Assembly: GCA_965230905.1 (NCBI GenBank)
Contig: OZ246396.1
Location: 1,200,001-1,232,000 of the forward strand
DNA length: 32,000 bases
From: Candidatus Saccharimonadota bacterium
Lineage (GTDB): Bacteria; Patescibacteriota; Gracilibacteria; UBA1369; 2-02-FULL-48-14
Direction of reading: 5' to 3'
Shown here one piece after another: positions 7,599 to 13,709 of this stretch. The translations under genes were made by a program, and so were the position numbers. Numbering within the stretch: position 1 is the first letter of the stretch; every line of letters starts with the position of its first letter. The notes under the pieces were generated by a model. The model ran no database searches and was not told where the DNA came from. It worked only from the letters and a program-made list of their open reading frames with translations.

Positions 7599-8563
7599 AG
7601 TGCGTAGGGTTTAAGATTTTCTTCAATACGAGGGAGCACTTCACCGGGGTTACCGACGAAAGTTTGTCCGGTGATCATTTCAAAGGCTTGAATGTACTTC
7701 ATAGCCGTTTCAATGAGCACATCTTCAGGAATCGCTGGGATTTCTCCTTCCCCAACGTAACCTTGGTTTGAAAGCCAGAGACGGAGGTATTCTTTATTGA
7801 TGTTGTCGGGTTCTTGCCCGGCAGCCATTTTTTCCGCGTAGGTTTCGGCAATCCAGAAACGTGAAGAGTCTGGCGTGTGGATTTCGTCGATGATCATGAT
7901 TTTTCCAGATGCATCGCGTCCGAATTCGTACTTGGTGTCCACCAAAATCACTCCTTGGCGAGCCGCCACTTCTACTCCACGCATGTAGAGGCCGAGCGCG
8001 TATTGGCTGAGTTGTTGCCACTCTTCCATGGTCACGAGTCCTCGTTCCACGGCTTCAATTCCACTGAGGTTGGCGTCGTGTTCCCCGTGCGCCGCCTTGG
8101 TAGAAGGCGTGATGATGGGCTCAGGTAGTCGTTGATTTTTCACAAGTCCTTCAGGAAGGGTGTTTCCACAGAGATTGCGCACTCCATTCGCGTAGTTGGT
8201 CCAAGCAGAGGTGGAGGTAGATCCGGTGATGTACCCACGTACAATCATTTCCAGCATCACGGGCTTGCATTGTTTTCCTACAATCACATTGGGATCAGGG
8301 TATGACTCGATGTAATTTGGGCAAATGTCCTTGGTGTTTTCAAACCAGAACTTGGTCATGGCATTGAGCACTTCTCCTTTGAAAGGGATCAGCGCAATGA
8401 TTCGGTCAAAGGCCGATAGCCGATCCGTGGTGATGAGGATACGTCGGTCGCCCTGCGTATAATTATCGCGGACTTTACCTTCGTAATACTCTCCCAGGTT
8501 CGCAAAATTCGTACCTTTCAGAACATGAGGGATCTGAGAGGCAATAGTAGCTCGGTCCAACAT
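7595..8563 (-). CDS. purC: SAICAR synthetase (long form)
   Basis: 322-aa ORF with PurC-like segments: GKVRDNY, TTDRLSAFD, LVDTKYEFG, DEIHTPDSSRFW. Confidence 0.9.
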   Translation of the reverse strand: MLDRATIASQIPHVLKGTNFANLGEYYEGKVRDNYTQGDRRILITTDRLSAFDRIIALIPFKGEVLNAMTKFWFENTKDICPNYIESYPDPNVIVGKQCKPVMLEMIVRGYITGSTSTSAWTNYANGVRNLCGNTLPEGLVKNQRLPEPIITPSTKAAHGEHDANLSGIEAVERGLVTMEEWQQLSQYALGLYMRGVEVAARQGVILVDTKYEFGRDASGKIMIIDEIHTPDSSRFWIAETYAEKMAAGQEPDNINKEYLRLWLSNQGYVGEGEIPAIPEDVLIETAMKYIQAFEMITGQTFVGNPGEVLPRIEENLKPYAL

Positions 8564-8692
8564 TGATGGGAGGTTAAGGGTAATTTGATTTTAAGGGTGA
8601 AGGCGGAAAGGGGCAAGGGAAAGAATAAAACTATTTGAGAATGGATGGTTTTTTTAAAAAAGGTGATTTAAGATGAGGCCTAACTTAGATTT

Positions 8693-9127
8693 ATGGTTAT
8701 TAAACTCGACTCAAGCCATCAGCTTTCTAACCCAGATGATTTTACGAAGGATATACTTAGTCGAACGGATGCTCGTGCGAAAGCCGCTCGTCTTTCTGGT
8801 TTTCGTTCTGATCATGCTTCAGCTGGATTTGGTATCCGAGCATATTTAAGCCAGACTGGTTTAAATAAACTGCCTGATGATGTGGAGGCTACTTTGGTTA
8901 CAACGGAACCTCAAATGCCGGTTTATTGTGTTGAGTTGCCTAAAGGGTCCTTCATGGTAGGAAGTGGAATACATCTAAGCCGTGAAACCACCTACCAAAA
9001 TGAGAATGCTACACCTCAAGGATGTGTGAGTCTCGATTATGGAGATGTGGTGAGGATTGAAGGGGCAGGTGAAAAATTGTATCAAAATTGGCAGTATGAT
9101 TGGAACTTCAATCCTGTGAATAGATAA
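8693..9127 (+). CDS. hypothetical protein (orphan)
   Basis: 144-aa ORF with no recognisable motif. Its 3' end overlaps the possible extension of the opposite-strand glycosylase remnant. Confidence 0.45.
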   Translation: MVIKLDSSHQLSNPDDFTKDILSRTDARAKAARLSGFRSDHASAGFGIRAYLSQTGLNKLPDDVEATLVTTEPQMPVYCVELPKGSFMVGSGIHLSRETTYQNENATPQGCVSLDYGDVVRIEGAGEKLYQNWQYDWNFNPVNR

Positions 9128-9181
9128 AGCTCCACTCCTCCCCCTCCCCGCATAGTCCACTCTCCGGCGGGCGGGTTTTCC

Positions 9182-9331
9182 CTAAAAAGACTTATCAATC
9201 TTCAGCGCCTTGGTCACGCGAGCGGGGCCGCTGATGCCTTGTAGCCCGCGGATGAGGACGGCGGAGGGGAAATCGGTTGGGCCGGTGACGATGCTCCGGA
9301 GCCAGCGGATGCCGTAGATGTAAACAAGTTG
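9182..9331 (-). pseudogene. remnant of a DNA-3-methyladenine glycosylase (Mpg/AAG family) gene
   Basis: A frame not in the ORF track translates as QLVYIYGIRWLRSIVTGPTDFPSAVLIRGLQGISGPARVTKALKIDKSF-stop. It resembles the family core (vYxYG...NvVt...AVLIRAlEP...GPgkLtkALgI; human MPG has ALAINKSF). It has no start codon: TAA lies immediately upstream at 9332-9334. About 90 N-terminal and about 50 C-terminal residues are missing. Past the TAG the same frame reads RRRVDYAGRG, a possible decayed RIGIDYAGE motif. Confidence 0.5.
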
Positions 9332-9409
9332 TTAACGACTGAGATATTGCAAATAATAAATCGACAAAGTAGAATGTAAATGATCGAAAGATCACTAATT
9401 CTAGTGCTT

Positions 9410-9439
9410 AGAGGCCTCTCGAGGTCTCTTTTGCTTTTA
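9410..9439 (+). terminator. hairpin plus T-rich tail (intrinsic-terminator-like)
   Basis: AGAGGCC (9410-9416) pairs with GGTCTCT (9423-9429), including one G-U pair, across a 6-nt loop. It is followed by TTTGCTTTT. Confidence 0.35.
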
Positions 9440-9441
9440 GT

Positions 9442-9951
9442 TTATCGGAAAAGCTCCAGGTTCGCTTCAAGGAAATAGTAATACTGGGTGCATTTATTAC
9501 CTCGGCCCTTTTCGTATTCAATAGGTTTTACCTCTACTTCCTTGAAGAAGGGCCTAGGGAAGTCGTTGAAATCCGCTGTTAAAAGCAGCGGCCGAGAGTT
9601 ATTGAAAATTAAGGATCCTATGAAAGCATCTATCTCAGAGATGGAACTCAAGACAGGTTTGACACTTTCTTCTCCCAGGTAGGCTGAATATAGTAAGGTT
9701 GCTCTTTCAAGACGGTCTTTGGTTTGTGGGATTTCTTCAAAGTGATTTAGCTTCTCCTCTGCTTTAGCCTTGTTGTCCTTGTTTGCGCCCTTTAACAGTT
9801 CATAGTAAGTAAAATCACTCACAAATAACCTATTTTTGTTCTTAAGCAGTTCAGCGATAAAAGCTCCCGTTGCTTCACGGAGCTGTGCTTCCTTGCTGAG
9901 AGAGTATTGAATAACACAAGTGTCTAATAAGATTGCTCTTCCCTTAATCAT
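9442..9951 (-). CDS. PIN-domain ribonuclease, VapC-like toxin candidate
   Basis: 169-aa ORF. The four PIN acidic positions are readable: D10 (ILLDTCV), E51 (TYYELL), D108 (SEIDAFIGS) and D127 (LLTADFNDF). Confidence 0.75.
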   Translation of the reverse strand: MIKGRAILLDTCVIQYSLSKEAQLREATGAFIAELLKNKNRLFVSDFTYYELLKGANKDNKAKAEEKLNHFEEIPQTKDRLERATLLYSAYLGEESVKPVLSSISEIDAFIGSLIFNNSRPLLLTADFNDFPRPFFKEVEVKPIEYEKGRGNKCTQYYYFLEANLELFR

Positions 9952-9957
9952 TGTCGC

Positions 9958-10107
9958 TTACTTTGTTAATGCTTCTTTCTTATCATGATCTTCCGTTTCA
10001 AAAAGGCCGGGCATTTTTTTAAGTGCCTTAAGCAGAGCCTCCCTGTCTTTTTTAGACTGTTCAGGCCATTTGTCACTCAAAAGTCGTTTTCGTTCTGCTT
10101 CAGACAT
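9958..10107 (-). CDS. 49-aa antitoxin candidate (below the ORF-track cutoff)
   Basis: Hand translation of the minus strand gives MSEAERKRLLSDKWPEQSKKDREALLKALKKMPGLFETEDHDKKEALTK-stop. The stop TAA (9958-9960) lies 6 nt upstream of the PIN ATG (9951), the classic antitoxin-then-toxin order. Confidence 0.55.
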   Translation of the reverse strand: MSEAERKRLLSDKWPEQSKKDREALLKALKKMPGLFETEDHDKKEALTK

Positions 10108-10146
10108 AAATGTAGGCGTTAGCGGGAAGTACTTGAATGTATGTTA

Positions 10147-10152
10147 ATTATA
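10147..10152 (-). promoter_or_regulatory. perfect TATAAT -10 box upstream of the antitoxin/PIN pair
   Basis: The reverse complement of 10147-10152 is TATAAT, 39 nt upstream of ATG 10107. The -35 is weak (GTGGAT). Confidence 0.3.
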
Positions 10153-10187
10153 AGTTATCCAAAAAATAAATCCACCATTTACTGTCG

Positions 10188-10237
10188 TCAGCGTTGGATG
10201 ACAGCTGAGTGAACTAAGCCAATTGAGCTACAGCCCC
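10188..10237 (-). pseudogene. degenerate tRNA-like remnant (5' two-thirds only)
   Basis: The minus strand reads GGGGCTG-TA-GCTCAATTGGCTTAGTTCAC-TCAGC-TGTCATCCAAC-GCTGA. The acceptor 5' half and D-loop consensus (TAGCTCAATTGG) are present. A 5-bp anticodon-like stem encloses an 11-nt loop containing CAT. The D-stem 3' side is mutated (GTTC rather than GAGC). There is no T-arm and no 3' acceptor. Confidence 0.3.
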
Positions 10238-10241
10238 TCGC

Positions 10242-10269
10242 AAAAATCCTCCTTAATTGGAGGGTTTTT
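10242..10269. terminator. bidirectional intrinsic terminator (A5-CCTCC-TTAATT-GGAGG-T5)
   Basis: Stem 10248-10252 / 10259-10263, flanked by an A-run (10242-10246) and a T-run (10265-10269). It lies 25 nt downstream of the stop of ORF 10294-11142 on the minus strand. Confidence 0.55.
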
Positions 10270-10293
10270 GTAAACCAACCGAGGGAAGACCCT

Positions 10294-11142
10294 TTAAAAC
10301 CCTCCACCTGTTCTGGCCCCACCTCCTGTGCCGCAATAGATAGAACTTTTCGAGAAATAAACCGTGACCTTACATCCATCCACACCAGGCTCGATAACGA
10401 AGCCACGCGGATTCATGTGACAACGGTGATGCGCTGGCATGCCACGCTGCCACCTACCCTCGTACTCCACCGTTGGTAGGGTGTTTTCATCATTGTCTAT
10501 CAATTCATTCGCTAGACCGTAGTGTAGATTTCGCTCAAAGGTTTTCGTTTCACCTGCATTGCTCAACGTCGCCCAGGCGTGCCCATTTTTATTTAGATAC
10601 GTTACGTCTTTTTTTAAAGGCTCCATCTCTATGACAGCGACTGGTTTCTCAAAAGGTCTGAATCCATTTTTAGTAAAATAATCAGTAGGCAGTGTTCCAC
10701 TATGACTATGGATTATCATCCTATCATGATCATGATCGCCGTAGGACGTTTTTGGCCCTTTGGCCATATTCCAACGAGCCTCTTTTCCAAGTAGACTTCC
10801 CAGTTTTGTTGCCCGATCCACAGAGCTACGACCATTACGATCACCCTCTAAAAAAAGCCTTCCTTTTTCCTTATCTCCTGGAATGGTGATGACCGGATTG
10901 CCTTCAACTCTCTCTACTTCTCTACCATAAGCGTCTCGTGTTTTTTCGTCTGAGCTTAAACTTGTTTTATAAGTTTCGATTATCGCCCTTAAGAACTCTT
11001 CGTCGACGGGCCTATCGATAGCTAAAACATGTCGTCGCACAGAAGCATCTTCTTTACGGATGATCCCCTGGTCTTGATCTGCTTCGGCACGGCGCGCTGG
11101 CTTTAATGGAGCCCTATCCATAGTGTTTACGTCTACTCTCAT
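10294..11142 (-). CDS. hypothetical protein (His-rich centre, Gly-rich C-terminal tail)
   Basis: 282-aa ORF containing GDHDHDRMIIHSHSG and HHRCHMNPRG, and ending CGTGGGARTGGGF. It has its own promoter-like hexamers and a terminator. No family recognised. Confidence 0.6.
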   Translation of the reverse strand: MRVDVNTMDRAPLKPARRAEADQDQGIIRKEDASVRRHVLAIDRPVDEEFLRAIIETYKTSLSSDEKTRDAYGREVERVEGNPVITIPGDKEKGRLFLEGDRNGRSSVDRATKLGSLLGKEARWNMAKGPKTSYGDHDHDRMIIHSHSGTLPTDYFTKNGFRPFEKPVAVIEMEPLKKDVTYLNKNGHAWATLSNAGETKTFERNLHYGLANELIDNDENTLPTVEYEGRWQRGMPAHHRCHMNPRGFVIEPGVDGCKVTVYFSKSSIYCGTGGGARTGGGF

Positions 11143-11174
11143 TGCGGTGGGTGTGAATTTTTAAATAAGTAAAA

Positions 11175-11203
11175 ACTGTACTGCTGGCAGCTTTATACGT
11201 CAA
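11175..11203 (-). promoter_or_regulatory. promoter candidate TTGACG-N17-TACAGT for ORF 10294-11142
   Basis: -35 is the reverse complement of 11198-11203 and -10 is the reverse complement of 11175-11180, with an exact 17-nt spacer. The -10 lies 32 nt upstream of ATG 11142. Confidence 0.45.
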
Positions 11204-11209
11204 TCGCTT

Positions 11210-12610
11210 CTAGTTTTTACTCTTCTTCAAAGTCATCGCCAGCACAATTGCCAGGACGCCAAAGAGAGTTCCAACAAAGAATGCCGCGTGGTAACCGCCG
11301 AGGAGGGCTTCGAGTTGTTCGGTGCCGTCGGCCAAGAGGCTGGACGTGCGGGCGGAGGCGAGGCTGGCCAAAACGGCGAGACCAAGAGCGCCTCCCATCA
11401 TGAAGGAAGTGTTGATGACCCCGGAAGCGAGGCCGGATTCAGAAGGTTTCACGTCGTTCATGGCGGCGAGCAAAAGTGGGTTGAAGGCGATTCCTCCCCC
11501 AAGACCGAAGAGAATCATGCTGGGCATTACGTTGGCGACAAAAGTTCCGTCGAGGGGAGCTAAGATGAAAAGGCCAAGACCGCTGGTGATGAGAGTGAGT
11601 CCAGCAATAAGGGTAGGTCGGATGCCAAAACGGGTCACGAGTTTTGCAGACATACCAAGTGAAAGGATGGCCATAATCACATTACAAGGCAGGAAGGCCA
11701 GCCCCACAAAGAGCGGCGTGTAACCGAGTACGAGTTGAAGGTAGAGCGCGGAGAGGAAAAACCAAGAGAACATGGCGGCAGACCAGAGCATGGCAATGAG
11801 ATCCGCGGTGACCATGCTGCGAAGTTTGAAAAGTCCCAGCGGCATGAGTGGCGCTTTCACTTTGAGTTCAATGGCGATGAAGACGATCAGAATGGCGAGC
11901 GCGCCGGCGAGTCCTCCCAAGGTTTGTACAGAGTCCCAACCCACGGTGTTTCCGTTCACAATGGAGTACACGGCCAAGAGCATCGCGGAGGTGATGGTCA
12001 CGGCTCCGGCAATGTCCAAGTTCCGGCTTGCGCCGTTGTCTTTGTGCCCGGGCAGCAGTTTGAGTCCAAGGAGAGTTACTAAAATTCCCAGCGGCAGGTT
12101 CACCAAAAAGATCCAATTCCAGCTCAGCCAATTCGTCAGCACACCGCCGAGCAAAACTCCCAAAGTTCCTCCCCCGGAATTCACAAATCCATAAACTCCC
12201 ATGGCTTTGGCGCGTTCACCCGATTCCGTAAATAAGTTCATCACCAGTGAAAGGGCCACGGCCGCCACAATGGCTCCGCCGAATCCTTGAATGGCACGTC
12301 CCACGATGAGCATCGTTTGTGTGCTTGCGATTCCGCAGCCAAGCGAGGCTAGCGTAAAGAGTACAATTCCCATCAAGAAAAGTTTTCGGTGTCCAAAAAG
12401 GTCGCCGAGGCGTCCGCCGAGTAGCAAAAATCCGCCGAAGGTCAGCATGTAGGCGTTCACCACCCACGCGAGCGTGGACTCAGTGAAACCGAGGTCGTCA
12501 CGGATGGAGGGCAAAGCCACGTTCACAATGGTGGTGTCGAGCACAATCATGAGTGAACCGAGGCAAAGTACAATCAGCGCAATCCAGCGCTTATCGGAAA
12601 ATTTAGACAT
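11210..12610 (-). CDS. MFS transporter, DHA2 (EmrB/QacA-like, 14-TMS) drug:H+ antiporter family
   Basis: 466-aa hydrophobic ORF. The N-terminus LGSLMIVLDTTIVNVALPSIRDDLGF is typical of the EmrB/QacA subfamily, and it carries the GGRLGDLFGHRK motif (MFS motif A). Confidence 0.88.
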   Translation of the reverse strand: MSKFSDKRWIALIVLCLGSLMIVLDTTIVNVALPSIRDDLGFTESTLAWVVNAYMLTFGGFLLLGGRLGDLFGHRKLFLMGIVLFTLASLGCGIASTQTMLIVGRAIQGFGGAIVAAVALSLVMNLFTESGERAKAMGVYGFVNSGGGTLGVLLGGVLTNWLSWNWIFLVNLPLGILVTLLGLKLLPGHKDNGASRNLDIAGAVTITSAMLLAVYSIVNGNTVGWDSVQTLGGLAGALAILIVFIAIELKVKAPLMPLGLFKLRSMVTADLIAMLWSAAMFSWFFLSALYLQLVLGYTPLFVGLAFLPCNVIMAILSLGMSAKLVTRFGIRPTLIAGLTLITSGLGLFILAPLDGTFVANVMPSMILFGLGGGIAFNPLLLAAMNDVKPSESGLASGVINTSFMMGGALGLAVLASLASARTSSLLADGTEQLEALLGGYHAAFFVGTLFGVLAIVLAMTLKKSKN

Positions 12611-12618
12611 GGGAGTTT

Positions 12619-13176
12619 TTAAAGGCTGAATGGATAGCGATCCAAAATAGTATACTCAGGACCAGTTGGACTTAAAGTCGATTCATATAAACAAAGCTCG
12701 GTGACTTGGAGGGGCGGAAGCGAAAAGGGCTTGAAAGAAAAGCCTTTGGGGTCGACGGGTTTTCGGAGGCGGGCCACGGTGACATGTGGGATCGGCTCGT
12801 TCATTTCTTCCTCAAGGGTCATATCCAGGTAGGGCTTCATGAATTTTTTAGCTTCCTGGTTTATTTCCAAAAAGGCCAGGCTGCGCTGAAGGCGTGCCCA
12901 GATCATTTTTGGCATTTTGTGCGCAAAGAATTCAATGCGTTCACAGTAGAGTTCAAAGGGGCTCATGCGGGCGCACACTCCTTTTAGTATGGATTTCATT
13001 TCCGGGATGTGCGCATCTACCACATCGCCAAGAAAAAATACCGTGATGTGAAAATTTTCACGCGTGGTCCATTTGGCGTCCGCGAGGTGTTGGTCATTTT
13101 TGTAGATTTCGGTGAAGCGTTCAATAGCGTCGATGTGCGCGTCGGGAACGGGTATGCCTAGGAAAAGTCGTTTCAT
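12619..13176 (-). CDS. thpR: RNA 2',3'-cyclic phosphodiesterase / 2'-5' RNA ligase family (2H phosphoesterase)
   Basis: 185-aa ORF with the two HxTx motifs of the 2H superfamily: HITVFFLG and HVTVARL. Confidence 0.8.
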   Translation of the reverse strand: MKRLFLGIPVPDAHIDAIERFTEIYKNDQHLADAKWTTRENFHITVFFLGDVVDAHIPEMKSILKGVCARMSPFELYCERIEFFAHKMPKMIWARLQRSLAFLEINQEAKKFMKPYLDMTLEEEMNEPIPHVTVARLRKPVDPKGFSFKPFSLPPLQVTELCLYESTLSPTGPEYTILDRYPFSL

Positions 13177-13207
13177 AGAAAAGTTTGTGCGGCCATCCTA
13201 GCTTAAT

Positions 13208-13648
13208 TTATTGACGCTGGTAAGTGCTGGTGAACTGAGCTTCTTCCAAAACATGTGCTTCCATAGCGGCTTTCAGCTCAAGTTTGGTGGCGGTGTCGGG
13301 CAGATCCAAGGTGGTATCGAGCGCAAAAAGGCGGAAAACGTAGCGGTGGCTGCCAGACGGCGGACAAGGGCCTCCCCAACCAGGTTTAGCAAAATCATTG
13401 ATGCCTTGCGTGGCTTCGGGAATGAAGACGTTTTCGGAAAGCTGTTTATTGATTGGCGAAATATTCCAAATGATCCAGTGGACGAAGTCGCCGCTGGGTG
13501 CGTCGGGGTCGTACACAATGATGGCCAGGGTTTGGGCGGCGGCGGGAACCGAGTCAATCATCAGAGGCGGGCTGATGTTCTGCCCATCGCAGGTGTAGTG
13601 CGAAGGAATTTCTTCTTGGTCTGCAAAAGCGCTGCTGTAAAATTTCAT
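13208..13648 (-). CDS. YbhB/YbcL-family PEBP (Raf kinase inhibitor-like) protein
   Basis: 146-aa ORF with PEBP motifs DPDAPSGDFVHW and GPCPPSGSHRYVFRLFALD. Confidence 0.85.
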   Translation of the reverse strand: MKFYSSAFADQEEIPSHYTCDGQNISPPLMIDSVPAAAQTLAIIVYDPDAPSGDFVHWIIWNISPINKQLSENVFIPEATQGINDFAKPGWGGPCPPSGSHRYVFRLFALDTTLDLPDTATKLELKAAMEAHVLEEAQFTSTYQRQ

Positions 13649-13673
13649 AGAGCTGGGGTTACAGAATCACGAC

Positions 13674-13703
13674 TTGTTTCGCCTCCCTATTCTACGCTAG
13701 TAT
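13674..13703 (+). promoter_or_regulatory. promoter candidate TTGTTT-N18-TAGTAT ending 6 nt before the purA ATG (leaderless-type)
   Basis: -35 at 13674-13679 and -10 at 13698-13703, followed by CGGGGC and then ATG 13710. Confidence 0.45.
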
Positions 13704-13709
13704 CGGGGC

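Noticed and set aside
8564-8692. Purine riboswitch upstream of purC, and T-box leaders upstream of valS (18692-18765) or aspS (26473-26510)
   Set aside because: The purC leader lacks the conserved purine-riboswitch junction sequences when read on the minus strand. The aaRS leaders are only about 40-70 nt, far too short for a T-box.
9195-9395. 66-aa minus-strand ORF from the track
   Set aside because: It is R/P/H-rich and in the wrong frame. A different frame of the same GC-rich patch gives the glycosylase-like remnant, which explains the composition.
10188-10406. 72-aa minus-strand ORF
   Set aside because: It crosses the bidirectional terminator and the tRNA-like remnant, and overlaps the 3' end of the 282-aa ORF in another frame.
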